Shown piece by piece: positions 22,814 to 36,940 of a DNA stretch of 64,000 nucleotides. Under the pieces are notes generated by a model. It was not told the origin of the DNA, did no database searches, and saw only the letters and a program-made list of their open reading frames with translations. The position numbers were made by a program, and so were the translations under genes. Source of the DNA: Eledone cirrhosa (lineage: Eukaryota). The stretch covers positions 55,800,001 to 55,864,000 of the forward strand of contig OZ024741.1 in NCBI GenBank assembly GCA_964016885.1, in the 5' to 3' direction. The stretch's first letter is position 1; each line of letters begins with the position of its first letter.

Positions 22814-23984
22814 CACACACACACATTTATATATATACATACACACACGTATATATATGGGCCTTCCAGTTTCATTTCGCATTATATACATGCCTGTGTA
22901 TATTTTAATTATTTAAAAATTAATTTTAAGTGAACATGATTTTTTAAAATATATTTTGAAGTGAACGTGACCCAACGGGTCACAGGTGGTCTAGTAATAA
23001 ATAAAATCGTTAATTCATATATAATAAATAATATATAATAAATAAAATCGTTAATCTTAACTATAATAAAGAAAGGAGTACGGGACTTCATCCAGAATAT
23101 ATTTTTTTACCCCGTTTGTAAAATAAGTTGGATTACTTTGAATAAATAATTGATTCTACTTTTGGCACAAGGCCAGCAATTACCTAGTGTATTACTGGTA
23201 CTTTATTTTATCGACCCCGTAAGGATGAAAGGCAAAGTTAACCTCGGCGGGATTTGAATAAATAATTGTTTCTACTTTAGGCACAAGGCCAGCAATTATC
23301 CAGTTCATTACTGGTACTTTATTTTATCGACCCTGTAAGGATGAAAGGCAAAGTCAACCTCGGGATTTGAATAAATAATGAATGAATATTACATAATGTA
23401 TCTACTAAATTTCGTGGCTGTTGATTAAATATATTTTATAGCTTGTTTAAAGATTCACTTCTTTAAAATGTTCAAATGTCAACACTTCCGGTTAGCGGCC
23501 GTTATATTATAACACTTATAATCGCATATATTTCCGTCGCTAATTTTCTCCTAATGCAGTTGATATATAATATCGTCTTTTTTTAAATGTATCATGGATT
23601 ACTGATTACAGAAGACAGTGTAACATAGGCTTTGTTCAATTTCTGTGTATATTGTGAGTTACGATTTTATTTACATGCATATATATTTGTGTATAATATC
23701 AATATACACACTACACATGCCAGCAGAAAACCACCCGAAGGGTGGTTTTTCTGCTAGTTTATATATAATAAATAATATAATACATATTATGTATAAATGA
23801 ATATTATATATTTTTTTATTTTACTATATTTATATATATGTATCATTGGATATTTAATATATGATCTCTATCGGCCTCAACCCACCACCACCTTTGGGCC
23901 CCAACGCCCACTGGACCTTCTCAAAGCCCCCCCCCCCCCCCCGGGAGGGAGGGGGGGCTGTAGCGCCCACTTTAAGAACTTCTG
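22162..23984. mobile_element. Non-autonomous hAT-type DNA transposon with nested repeats
   Basis: Imperfect TIRs cagaggttctcaaa / tttaagaacttctg. 8-bp flanks ccataaac (22154-22161) and ctataaac (23985-23992) match at 7 of 8 positions, consistent with a hAT-size TSD. Confidence 0.65.
23150..23370 (-). mobile_element. Two tandem partial SINE copies
   Basis: Reverse complement of the SINE core and tail. Confidence 0.8.
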
Positions 23985-24205
23985 CTATAAACAATAACTA
24001 AAGCTCCAGAACAATGTCAACTTAAGTTAACCAATTAGTCCCCAACTTCCGGTGCTAACAGACCAAGCTACTGTGGTTGGTTCTTAACTTGGACTCTGTG
24101 TTAATGGTTAGGTGTCTGGTAGCGATGTTTTTGGTGAGGAAAACAGTGGAAAAGGTGGGAGGTGTATAGGATGCGAAAGAAAGGGTTGTTACTGAATGGT
24201 TTGTG

Positions 24206-24273
<68 letters not shown>

Positions 24274-24402
24274 ATATATATATGTATGCCATGTATGTAT
24301 GCATATGTGTATATATAAAAATATATACATACACCCACCCACACACACACACACATATATATATACATATATATACACACACACACCAGTATCACCCCTC
24401 CA

Positions 24403-24451
<49 letters not shown>

Positions 24452-24938
24452 GCGAGATTGTTTCAAGTTGTTAGGTTCAAGGAGCTGACCATTACGGAAC
24501 AAAAGGGTAAGTGTGTCAAATGACTCTTAAAACAGTCATTTTAAAACATTTTAAACAGACCTTACCCACAAAACAATGGAAAATTGTTGTTGATGTTTCT
24601 GATGGTGATGATGATGTAAAGGTTTTTGTTGGTTATCTTTTGTTCTTTTTTTTTCTGTTTTTTGTTGTTGTTGTTTTTATGTTTCACTGGAAGAAGCGGC
24701 ATTTTATTGTTGTTGGTTTTTTTTTAGATGTGATTCATTAAAATGAGATAAGAAGTAGCAGATTCACGGCTTGGCCTCATTCCTTTACAGTTGAAGTTCA
24801 TAAATGTAATCACAGATTCTATTCTGATAATTTCTTTCCCTTGTACATCTTGGTTATGAAATTCTTGCTTTCTTGACCACTAAACTTTGCAAAAATTCAA
24901 AAGCAACATCAATCGTCATTTTCTCTTTTTTTTAATTA

Positions 24939-24992
<54 letters not shown>

Positions 24993-26140
24993 CTTTTTTC
25001 TTTTCTCAATAACCCCTTGCATTTTAGTGGTTTTACTACTGTTGGGGTGTTTTAAACTATTTTTTTTTAAAGTTCTCACAATATGAAAATTATTCGTCCT
25101 GGCCAACAATTATCAGTGAATATATGTTCTTCTTAAGCATTCATTAATATTTTATATTGACTTGTACGAGATGTAAAGCCTGGACACTCATCCGAAAACC
25201 TTTTAGAACGTTCCTAATTAAGATCACTAAGACCATTATTCAACTTAGTATCCTATAAGTAAAAAAAGTAGGGTGTAGATATAATTATAAAGATTCTCTG
25301 CCCTTCGGTTAAACCTTTACCATATCTAAACGGTAAAAGCTTAACCGAACGGCAGAGAATCCTTCTAACAATAATTGTTTCTACTTTTGACTCAAGGCCA
25401 GCAATTTGAAATACATGGAAAAGTCGATTAAATTGACCCCAGTTTCTTACTGGTACTTTATTTTAACGACCCATAAGGATGAAATAAATGCAAAGCTAAA
25501 CTCGTTGAAGTTTGAACTCAGAACAATAATAATAATAGTATTTACTCTTTTACTCCTTTCCTGTTCCAGCCCTCCGGATGAGGCCATACTGGGGCACCGC
25601 CATACACGTATATATATATATAACAAAGGAATTGTGGTAAGGAACCAGAAATAGCCGTCGAAACGGCTTGAGCTCTGCCGTCGGGGTCATATTTTTTCAT
25701 ATATATATATATATATATATATATGTAAGTCCAAAGAATCATTAGATAAAATATATACAGTATTTCCAAAAATATATACAGTATTTCCAAATAATCTGTA
25801 TCATTTGTCTATTATTTCTTCGTAAATACATTTTAAACTTATAGCCTCGTTTAAATGATTTTTTATGTGGTTAATTTATACTGATTGGGAGAAGAAATAC
25901 TGTATATATTTTATGTAATGGTTCTTTGGACTTACATTTTTATATATTGCTCTGATTAATAATTATTTAATTCTTCATTGAGCCACACCGTGAATGGTTG
26001 CCAAACGCATATATGTATCTGTGACTATGTCTAATTATATATATATACCCTTTGAATTTAATATATATATTCATTTTATTAAGGCTAAATGGTGAGTCTT
26101 GTTACTCTGGAGTTTAGCCTGTTTATCACAGGGTCATCAG

Positions 26141-26181
<41 letters not shown>

Positions 26182-26258
26182 TTATTCCGGGTTGAATCGG
26201 GGGTAACCACAGTAAGTAAGGTACTCAATACATAGCAGAGTATAAATGTTTTAACATT

Positions 26259-26290
<32 letters not shown>

Positions 26291-26293
<3 letters not shown>

Positions 26294-26624
26294 GTGTACC
26301 CCCGACATTCGCGGTCCAGATAATTCGCGGGATTTTCCTTAGAACCTAACTAATAACTGTTCGTGGAAACCACCGCATATTCGTGGAATAGTAAATATCT
26401 TCCTCGAATTTTTTATGTTTTTTTTCATGGCAATATATATTTTTTCACGCTTTTTAACGTTAAATTATTAATAACAATATCCCATCCCATATTTACCGGC
26501 CTATATTTTACGTTATGTTTTGACGTTTATAGGTATTTTTATGGACCACGTCAGATATTCGCGGTTTTTCACTCTACGCGGCTGCTCTAGGAACGTAACC
26601 CCCGCGAATACCGTGGGACAACTG
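26291..26624. mobile_element. Tc1/mariner-pogo-type MITE
   Basis: CAG...CTG termini flanked by TA. Imperfect TIRs caggtgtacccccgacattcgcgg / ccgcgaataccgtgggacaactg. Confidence 0.7.
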
Positions 26625-26918
26625 TACATATATATATATATTGATATATTAGGGGTAGCAGATACTGATTGAGTATGGGTAATGCCAGTTGAAAGGTGGA
26701 TTTAATATGGATAGTGGAGGGTCATGCAATACGGGTGGCTGAGGTCGATCTTATAGGTGAGGTTAAGACCGGGTGGAAGAAGGAAAAAACACAAGTCAGT
26801 TCCAAGAACAACAAATATTTACACTTTCCTTTTAAATGGTTTTATTTTCATCAAAATATAATTTTATTCGTTTATTTCGCCGTGGATTAGTGGTGTGTGA
26901 CTGGATAGTCTCTCTCTT

Positions 26919-26975
<57 letters not shown>

Positions 26976-27089
26976 ATCTCTCCCTCTCTCATCTGTCTCT
27001 GTTTTGTATACATATATGTGTGTGCGCACGTATGGATGTATGTTATATACATACACACACATACATATAAATGAGTATATATACATATA

Positions 27090-27176
27090 CAGGATGTCCC
27101 AAAAAATGTATACACAATTTGATTACCTGTACATACAATATTTATTAGAATTCTGTGTATACATTCTTGGAACACC

Positions 27177-27179
<3 letters not shown>
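27090..27179. mobile_element. About 90-bp Tc1/mariner-type MITE (second copy, inverted, at about 52575-52670)
   Basis: TA-caggatgtcccaaaaaatgtataca...tgtatacattcttggaacaccctg-TA. Confidence 0.7.
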
Positions 27180-27245
<66 letters not shown>

Positions 27246-27654
27246 GAAAAATTGAACGGGAACAAAACAGAGAGGCAGTACAAACAAATGTTTATTAATT
27301 TCACGCTCTTGTGATCTAATAGCATTTTCTCTTATGGTGACCTAGTATCATCTTATCTTGTTGTGATCTAATAGCATTTTCTCTTATGGTGACCTAGTAT
27401 CATTTTATCTTGTGGTTGTGAACTCAGGCATAGTTAAGTTATCACGGGTTCGATCCAGGGTTTTATCACACGCATACACTTTATTAAAATAACAGATTAA
27501 AGTTTAAGCAAAGAATCGCTGCTTTCAGCGATTCTTTGCTTAAAATTTAATCTGTTCTTTTAATAAATATTTGCTCTACGGTTCTTATATATTTGATATA
27601 TATTTATCCTTATCGAGCCCTCTTTGGATTTTAGTCTTCAAATTTATTATTATT

Positions 27655-27711
<57 letters not shown>

Positions 27712-27920
27712 ACATATATAACACTCACATAAATACATATATATAAATAATATATATATACCTTATATGATAAGTATCCATCAATGGATGATTAGCCCTA
27801 TTTAGTTTTTTAGAGATTTATGTCATTCATGCCTTTCCTAAACGAGGAGGAATTGTACTTGGAGCACAGACTCAGTTAGTCGAGAGCTTATCACCGACCG
27901 CGCTAGTTCGAAACGTGCAA

Positions 27921-28008
<88 letters not shown>

Positions 28009-29251
28009 CACACTCACATATGTGTGTGTGTGTGTGTGTGTACATATATCTATTCACACACACAGACAGGCGCGCGCGCACTTGTATTTTTAAATATCAC
28101 TTATTATTTGATGATTAAATAAATATATTTGGTAACAGTTTTTGTCTCAAGAAATTTCATAGAATTTTCTTTGAGGATCTTTGGAAAATCTAAAAAAAAA
28201 TTGTGTTTTGATTCAAAATGGTGTTTTGATTCAGTCAAGTTGTGAGATCAGAAATATTAATTTATAATTAAGGCACAGGGCCAACACATTTGCGAGAAGG
28301 CCAGAGTTAATCAATTCAACACCAGTACTTAACTGGTACTTTATTTTGTCGACCCTGGAAGGATGAAAGGCAAAGTTGACTCGGCGAGTTTTGAACTTAG
28401 AATATAAAGAGTCAGATCAAATACCACAATGGTATTTTATCCGACGCTCTACCAATCCTACCAATCCAATGCCCTAGTGAGATCAGTAATATTGGTGGTA
28501 TTTGTTGTATGAGATATCTGTTGATATCGATACTACAGAATGTTTCATATCATCCGTCATCTGCTGCCATAGAAAATATTGCATTTGATCTGATGTCCCG
28601 TAATATCTTGTACCATCAGAGATCTAGTATCATCTTATCTTGTTGTGATCTAATAGCATTTTCCCTTATGGTGACCTAGTATCATTTTATCTTGTGGTTG
28701 TGAATTCAGGCATAGTTAAGTTATCACGGGTTCGATCCAGGGTTTTATCACACACATACACTTTGTGGCATCATGGGCAAGTAATCTTCTACTGTGGCCC
28801 CGAGTCGAGTTGTCCAAACTATATGAGTGGAATTGGGTAGATAGAAACTGTACGGAAGCCTGTTGGGCGGATTGTACTTGTTATTTCAATGGACTGAGTT
28901 CGATTCCGGAGCATTCTCTTTGATCCAGCTTTGTTCCACATTGTGTCTGTGGAATACTAAGCGACTTACGAGGTAATTAAAAAAATATGACGCTCAGTTG
29001 ATCGAACGATTGAATGACCATCGTGAAAACCGACAGAAGATCCTCCGCGTTCACCAAACAAACAAAAAAGACATGTATTTATCTGTTAAGGACTGTGCTA
29101 TTCTAGGTTGTCCCACTCGAAGATAGTCTGACCTCTTGAGTGTAAATATGAAGTTCATTCCTTTTTGACGTCCAGAAATTTTAGTCTGATTGTTTGTTTG
29201 TGTTTTTCTTCCTTTCTTTTCTGTCTTTGCCTGTTTACTTGATTTGTTAAT

Positions 29252-29661
29252 TCAATGAACTGAGTTCGATCCCAGAGCATTCTCTTTTATCCACTTTGTT
29301 TTTCTTGAAACTATTTCCTCCTCTGACGATAACGATGATGATGTAGTTTCTATGGTCGTTGTTGATGATGGTGGTATTGGTGACTCTGTTGTTGCTGTCG
29401 TTGTTGTTGACGGTATGCCAGTAGGCGTCTTTCCAGTGACCAGTGTCCGTGAGAATGGAATCTCGTCAGTGGATTCCTCGTCAGTTGAAGTTAGTCTTGC
29501 TGAATCTGTGTTCGAATCCTCGCTGAAACTCAAGCTCATCTCGGATGAAGAGGATCCCTCCTCCTCATCAGTATTATTAGCAGAAGCTTCTACATACAGC
29601 CTGTCAGTGCTGTTGTAGATTTTGCTATTATTGTTGATGTTGTTGTTGTTACTGCTGCTGC

Positions 29662-29695
<34 letters not shown>

Positions 29696-29742
29696 TTCAT
29701 TTTCCTTGTCATCATTAATCCGTGTTGATAACGGGTAAGATT
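29252..29742 (-). CDS. SH3BP5: SH3BP5-like gene, coding exon 7 (last; low-complexity N/S/T/E-rich tail)
   Basis: Acceptor ttttttcag. Phase 1 matches the previous exon. Open to TGA at 29252-29254. Confidence 0.75.
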
Positions 29743-30805
29743 CTGAAAAAAATAAAATTAGTTGATATAATAATAATAATCCTTTTCTAACATTAGTACA
29801 TGTCTCGGGATTTGGGGCAAAGGGAAAAACGGTAATTTTTTCGGGGAGGGTGGAGAAAGCCGATAACATCGACCCCAGCACTTGACTGGATATTTTATTC
29901 TATTGATCCCTAGGAAGATGAAAAGCAAAGTTGACCTCGGCAGGATTTGAACTCAGAACTATTTTGTCCAACGCTCTAACGTTTCTGAAAATTCGTCCCC
30001 CACCTCCACCCCAATAATTATTTCTAGCCCTGGCACAAGGCCAGCAATTTAGCGGAAGAGGAAAGCTGATTATGTCGACCCCAGTACTTAACTGGTACTT
30101 TTTTTGTATCGACCCTGGAAGGATTAAAGGCAAAGTTGACCTGGGAGAGATTTGAACTAAGAACGTCCTCTCATTTCCTATCTGCCCAATTTCACACACA
30201 AGGCTTAAGTGGATGTGCAGTGAGATCGAACCCGGAATCTCATGAATGTAAAGGTGAACTTCTTAACTACACAGCTATGCCTGTGTCCACAGCCGAATTT
30301 ATACAATACCACAACAAAAGCTGCAATGATAAAATCAATACGATTGTTTACTTAGCTTTCTACTTTTTAACATTTGGTAATCAGATGAGACCAAAGTCGG
30401 CCTGTTTGGCAATAATAAAGAAAAAAAAACACTAGGAATAGACCTCCGTCGGTTTCGACGATGAGTGTTCCAGTTGTTCGATCAAAAGAACAGCCTGCTC
30501 ATGACATTAATGTGTAAATGGCTGAGCAATCTGTAGACACATGTACCCTTAGCAAAATTCTGCGTGACACAGTGTGACATATCTGTCCTTTGACATACAA
30601 GTACGGTCTATCCGACGATCTTTCACGCAGCTTCTGTGTACCTAACTTCACACACAAGGCTTGGAATTAAACCCAGAACTTCATGAATGGAGAAGTTAAA
30701 CTTGTTAACCACTAGTCCATGCCTCCACTACAAGGATTAAGAATAACTGCTACAACAACAACACCAAACAACAAAAGTTAAAATACTATCAATACGACTA
30801 CTTAC

Positions 30806-31019
30806 TTAACATTGCCTCGGATTCAATTTCAGTTGCGTTGGCGTAATCATTACGTTCCGAGCCAACACCTGGCTCGCGGGGCAAGTACAGAAATTCCTTT
30901 AGCTTACGGCGTTTGTGTACCTCCTCTGAGATCTTTTCCAAGTTTTTCAGGGCATCTGAATAAATTTCTTTCGCCTTTTGGAGGTTGGTCTGGAGAGAAT
31001 CCACTTTCTTCTTTTGCAT
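30806..31019 (-). CDS. SH3BP5: SH3BP5-like gene, coding exon 6
   Basis: acag|ATG...TTAA|gtaagt. AKEIYSDALKNLEKISEEVHKRR..REPGVGSE matches the SH3BP5 family motif. Confidence 0.92.
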
Positions 31020-31569
31020 CTGTAATTGAAGAATTTGAAATGAAATCTTAAGTAAAGATCTACAGTTACTATCTATTAAGTTGAAAAGTTTGATAAGTAT
31101 TTTTGTTTTTAATTTAAAGACTGTCTTGACTCTAGATGTTCATCAGGTTCGAGCTTATTTTGGTTTTGTGACCTGGCATAAACATCTGAGAGTATAATAA
31201 CAAACCCATCAAACCCACATAGATGGGACGATAATCCCCCGCAAGTTCAACCCAGAACCCTTCACCTTCTTCTGATGATGGTGGTGGTGGTGATGGTGGT
31301 GAGGATGGGGGAGGTGATGATGGTGCTGCTGCAGCTACTACTGCTATGATTTTGCTGCTATTGTGGCTGGTACTCATTTTTTTTTTCTGCGACATGAAGT
31401 ACCTTGCTCAAGAACACAATGCACCATTCGATCCAGGAATTCAAAACTAGGATCATGCGTTCGTGGGACGTACATACGAGGAGGTGTGGGGCTACTCTCA
31501 CCAAGCACCTTTATACACGTGCTACATTAGGATTAAGAGGTCTGCATATATCGCTGTATGTGGGTTGGT

Positions 31570-31745
31570 GTCTGTGGGGCAGTCTCCTAATTGTCCCAAC
31601 AATGCAGAAGTGTGCATGAGAGCATATGTAGTCTATAGGATCACATGCAAAATGTGTAGCTTTTCGTACATCGACTGCACCATGCGGATGCTGCATATAC
31701 AGATCAAGAAGCACATGACGGTGAGAGCTTCTTCCGTTAAAAACA
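31570..31745 (+). mobile_element. Penelope-like element GIY-YIG endonuclease relic
   Basis: VVYRITCKMCSFSYIDCTMRMLHIQIKKH matches the PLE pattern VVY-I-C--C---YIG-T-R-L--R--EH. Confidence 0.7.
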
Positions 31746-31985
31746 TCTTGACAGATGCCACAGCTAAAATATTGGGGTCACCATAGAGGTGACAGAAAGG
31801 AATATAAACAATTTAAGAATTAAAGAGACCATTATCATCAGCCACAAGAAAAACAAGGATAAATAATAGAGTGGGAATGCACAAGGCAGAGTGGTTACTA
31901 TAGCGACTCAGCACATGTGTATTACACATATACACTTATATTTAGATAGATTAGATAGATAAGCAAATTGGCAGGTCGCTAGAAA

Positions 31986-32041
<56 letters not shown>

Positions 32042-32405
32042 AGATAAGCAGAACAAGCAAAAATCAAACAATTTTTTAAAATAAATAAAAAAATATAATT
32101 TAAATATTTACTTACTCCAGTTGCTCTTACCGATCGGTTTTTTTACTTTTCCATTGGAAATCCCATGGATTTCCAATGTTTTGTAAAGGGAAACTGATCG
32201 GTAAGAGCAACTGGAGTAAGTAAATATTTAAAAAATATTTAAATTATATTTTTTTATTTATTTTAAAAAATTGTTTGATTTTTGCTTGTTCTGCTTATCT
32301 CAATATTATAGTTCTGGTATGTCAAATTAATACCATTGAACAACCCTGTATCATAGACAACCTATATATTTCCAGGAGTACTTAGTACCCGTGGGCATAT
32401 TAACT

Positions 32406-32481
<76 letters not shown>

Positions 32482-32534
32482 GCGTTTGAATTTGCAGACA
32501 ATCTGTACGAGTAACATATATATTATGTACATAC

Positions 32535-32577
32535 CTCAAGAGCTTCCTTCATTTCATTCTTCTTTTCGAAATAAGGT
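32535..32577 (-). CDS. SH3BP5: SH3BP5-like gene, coding exon 5 (43 nt)
   Basis: ttttcag|A CCT TAT TTC GAA...GAG|gtatgt. Encodes (R)PYFEKKNEMKEALE. Phases are consistent. Confidence 0.9.
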
Positions 32578-33299
32578 CTGAAAATAACAGAAAATAATCA
32601 TAATCATTATTGTTTCTGGTATAGGCACAGGTCCAAAATTTGAGAGAGAGCGAGGGGGGCTGAACCACCCTCAGTACTTGACTGGTACTTTATTCATGGA
32701 ATCGATGGGCTATAAAGTCGACTTCAGCAGGATTTGAACTCAGAATGTAAAGGACTGTAACAAAATACCGCAAATCATTTTGTCCTACGGTGTAATGACT
32801 TTGCCTATCCAACTTCAAATATATGTACAAGACCACAATATTTAGCGGCGGAAGAGAATTATATATAGGTTTAAAACGTCCCCAATAGATAACTGGTACT
32901 TTATTTTATCCGCGCTATCGTGATTTCAACTCAGAACGTAAAGAGCTATAAATGTATACCACAATTATTTAGTCCAGTGCTCTACTGATTTTGCCATCAA
33001 ATAATTGTTTCTATTTTTGGCACAAGACCAGCAGTTTGGAAGGAAGGCAAAAGTCGATTAAATCGACCCCAGTGTGTTACTGGTGCTTTATTTTATCATC
33101 AAGGTAAGGATGAAAGATAAAGCTAACCCCAGCGGGTTTGAACTCAGAACGTAAAGGGCCGTGATTAAATGCCCCGAAGCATATTGTTCGACGCTCTGCC
33201 GATATTGCCAATTCACCGCCCTTAATAACGGATGCTGGAGTTTGAGGAGATGATAATAACAACGATGGCGACGACGATAAAGTGTAGTAAGTTACTCAC

Positions 33300-33430
33300 C
33301 TAGACTTGGCGATAGCTTTGGTGTAGTGGCGTTCGTATTTCTTAATAGTCACCTCTAATTCTGAACAGAAGGACGCCGTGCGGTGGTGCTCTTCCTCGCG
33401 TTTCCGTTTCTCTTTCTCTGCCTCCATTAA
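33300..33430 (-). CDS. SH3BP5: SH3BP5-like gene, coding exon 4 (131 nt)
   Basis: ttgtag|TTA ATG GAG GCA GAG...TCT AG|gtgagt. Encodes LMEAEKEKRKREEEHHRTA...KAIAKS. Confidence 0.9.
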
Positions 33431-34681
33431 CTACAACACACAAAAAAGCCGTCAAACAGATGTCAAAACATATCTAAGACAATGTCAGAAATGCATCACA
33501 TGAATGTCAAACAGATTTCAAACATATGTCGAACAGATACAGAACAGATGTCGAATAGCTGTCATGGGTATTAGAAAAATCTCGCACAAATATTACTAAA
33601 ATGATTTCAGAAAATGTCAAGTAAATTTCAAGATAATGCTCAAAATGAGATTACTAGGATGTCAGACAGACACTATATCGATGCTAAAGGGATACCAGAA
33701 CGTTCTTTCAAAGATACCAAATCAATGTCAAAATCATGCCGATCAGATGACACCAGAACGCTGTCAAAAACACGATGTTCCTAAAATAATTGTTTCTACA
33801 TTTGGCACAAGGCCAGAAATTATCCCAGGTCTTACTGGTACTTTATTTTATCGACCCCGTAAGGATGAAAGGCAAAGTTAACCTCGGCGGGATTTGAACT
33901 CAGAATATCAAGGGCCGTAACTCTATGCTGCAAAGCATGGTGTCCGACCCTCTACCGATACTGCCAATCCACCGCCCTTCCTAAAATAATGATAGAGAGT
34001 TAACGGACTAATAATGTATCGAAGATATTGGTTTATAAAAAATATCATACAAATTGTAGGAAGATTCTAAAAAGTTGCCAAAACGTTGCTTGAAAGATGC
34101 CAGATAGATGTCAGGTGTATGTGAGAACAGGGCTAAAATTTTGTTAAACAGATGTCTGAGTGATAAGATAAAGATGTTTGAAATATGTCAAATAGATGCT
34201 TCAAAATACTAAAATACCGTTTGGCAACTGTCAGACTAATATTTCTATACCAGCTAGACTAGGGGGAAGAGTCTGCCATACACTGTGTCACGCTGAATCT
34301 CACTGAGAATTATGTACGCGTATTTGTGGAATACTCAGCCACTTACACTATAATACAAGACGGACTGTACCTGTATTTCAAAGGGCCAGCTTTGTCACAC
34401 ATACACAATGCTGCGTTGCTGAATCTCCCTGAGAATTACGTTATGGGTACACGTATCAGTGGAACCCTCAGCCACTTACACTTTAATTTCATGAATAAGC
34501 TGCCCTGGTGATCCAACAATTGGAACAGTCATCGTCGAAACTGACAGAGGTCCATTCAATTACATTCCACATATGTTAGAAGAATGCTAAATAGATGCTA
34601 AGCAGATGCCAGAACAATAGTTTAAAAAACGGTAAAACAACACAAACAAACATTTTAAAAACAACACTGAAATAAACATAC

Positions 34682-34990
34682 CCGTATAATGGCATGATTC
34701 AATGCCTCCTGAGTTGAGGACGATATTTCTGAAGTATGACATTGGCCGTAGTTCTCCTGCATAAGCTGCTCTTCTGCTAACAGAATCGTTTCTTTAGCCG
34801 CTTGATAGATACTGTTGGCAGTCTGGAATTGACGAGCGGCTCGCAGTGTCTCCTCCTGGACACACTTGGAAATTTCCTTCTTCTCGTAATAGGCACGTGA
34901 CAACGCAATGCTCTTGCGTATATGCGATGAGATTTGGTCCAGCTCGTGTGTTCGGTTGGAGAGTGTGTTTTGGTAGACGGAACGGGCTTT
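34682..34990 (-). CDS. SH3BP5: SH3BP5-like gene, coding exon 3 (309 nt)
   Basis: ctcttag|AAA GCC CGT...ATA CGG|gtatgt. Encodes SRAYYE...FQTANSIYQAAKETILLAEEQL...QEALNHAIIR. Confidence 0.92.
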
Positions 34991-35069
34991 CTAAGAGATG
35001 AAAAAAAGTGAAAAATGTTAACTAATAATATGGATTTCTATATTCTAAAACAATTGACACAATTCTGTG

Positions 35070-35365
35070 AGCCGACGGGCGGCGGCGTTGGGGAAGCATC
35101 CGAACAAGGAGTACTATATCGACAATTTTAGGCCCATAACTCTGCTAATCGCAATCAATGTGCTAGCGACAAGGTTGGCGCGCTTTTCGTCGATGGTCTG
35201 ATAGGGGTGGCAGAAACATGCGCCATTCCGAAAAAAATCCCAAAATTCCTGGTCTGGTAGTCCTACCGAGGAGCTTTACCAGGGTATCGATGTCCTACGT
35301 GCACTCGTTCAGTGCAAGAACATTGCTGAACTGTGGGTTTATGTTGAACATCTGCTATGTCGTGT
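35070..35365 (+). mobile_element. Highly deleted Tx1-family relic
   Basis: ccgaacaagg...gacaattttaggcccataactctgctaa and gtcctacgtgcactcgttcagtgc match separated parts of the Tx1 ORF2. Confidence 0.65.
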
Positions 35366-36131
35366 CTTGTCTGATAGTCCTACGTACATGTGTGTTTCTG
35401 TGTATGTGTGTACACATGGATGTGTGTGTGTGTATGTGTGTATCCGTGTGTGTATTCCAGTGGTTTTTGTTATTGTTGAATTACTGTTGGTTCCAACAAA
35501 CCCCAACTCAGTCGAATATAGTTGGGTGGTGAAAATTGTGGGACGGTGGTGAGTCCGAGGGTGATGGAGGTGAGGGTGGAAGCAAGAGGTAGGGACAACA
35601 GCAACAACATCATCAACATACACTGGTAACATTCTCCAATCTACTGGATTATACATACACTCACACAAGCACCCATCTATACTCACTCAAGTACCTATCC
35701 GCACTCACTCAAGTACCCATACACACTCACTCTAGTACCCACTGACATACATACAAGTATCCACCCACAATCACTCAAGAACTTAACCAGTCACTCAAGT
35801 ACTTATCCACGCTCACTCTAGTTCCCACTCAAACTTACTCATGTACCCACACACACTCAAACTTAAGTACCTATCCACACTCACACACACACTCAAGTAT
35901 CCACCCACATTCACAGTCACACTCACATTCTCACTCAAGAACCCACTCACACTCAAGAGAAAAGAAAGCTCCACCTACAGCCAAGTCATTTTTAAATCTA
36001 TTAATCTCTTCACTGGATTATACAAACACTCAAGTACCCACCCACACTTACTCAAGTACCCACTCACACTCATACTCAAGTATCCAGTCAGACTCACACT
36101 TACACTCCAAATAAGATAAAGCTTCACTTAC

Positions 36132-36194
36132 ATCCAAATCGTTCTCCAATCTATTAATCTCTTCACTGGATTCATTTAATCGGTTTAACTCAAT
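36132..36194 (-). CDS. SH3BP5: SH3BP5-like gene, coding exon 2 (63 nt)
   Basis: atttcag|ATT GAG TTA...TTG GAT|gtaagt. IELNRLNESSEEINRLENDLD corresponds to the family motif ELEKLN...INRLE. Confidence 0.9.
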
Positions 36195-36227
36195 CTGAAA
36201 TAACAACGGAGAAAAATATAAGTTAGG

Positions 36228-36860
36228 TTGTGTGTATCATGTTGCGTGTGTGTGTGTGTATCATGTTGGGTGTGTGTGTTTGTATCATGTTGCGTGTGTG
36301 TGTGTATCATGTTGGGTGTGTGTGTGTGTGTGTATCATGTTGTGTGTGTGTGTGTGTGTGTATCGTTGTGTGTGTGTATATCATGTTGTGTGTGTGTATA
36401 TCATGTTGTGTGTGTGTGTATCATGTTGCGTGTGTGTGTGTATCATGTTGTGTGTGTGTATATATCATGTGTGTGTGTGTGTATCATGTTGTGTGTGTGT
36501 GTGTATCATGTTATGTGTGTGTATCATGTTGTGTATGTGTGTGTGTGTATCATGTTGTGTGTGTGTGCATCATGTGTGAGTGTGTATCGTGTGTGTGTGT
36601 GTACGTGTATCATGTATGTGTGTGTGTGCGTACGTGCGTGTGTGTATGAATTTGTGTTTGTGAGCGTGTATGGGTGTCATGTATGTGTGTGTGTGTGTGT
36701 GTGTTGTGTGTCATGGTGTCTGTGTTTATGTCATGATGTGTGTGTCATAGTGTGTGTGTGTATGTGTGTGTATGTGTGTGTATGTGTGTGTATGTGTGTG
36801 TGTCATAGTGTCTGTCATAGTGTGTGTGTGTATGTGTGTGTGTGTGTGTCATAGTGTCCG

Positions 36861-36931
<71 letters not shown>

Positions 36932-36940
36932 ATGTGTGTA
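36228..36940. repeat. (TG)n-based compound repeat with recurring tatcatgt unit
   Basis: Read directly from the sequence. Confidence 0.9.
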
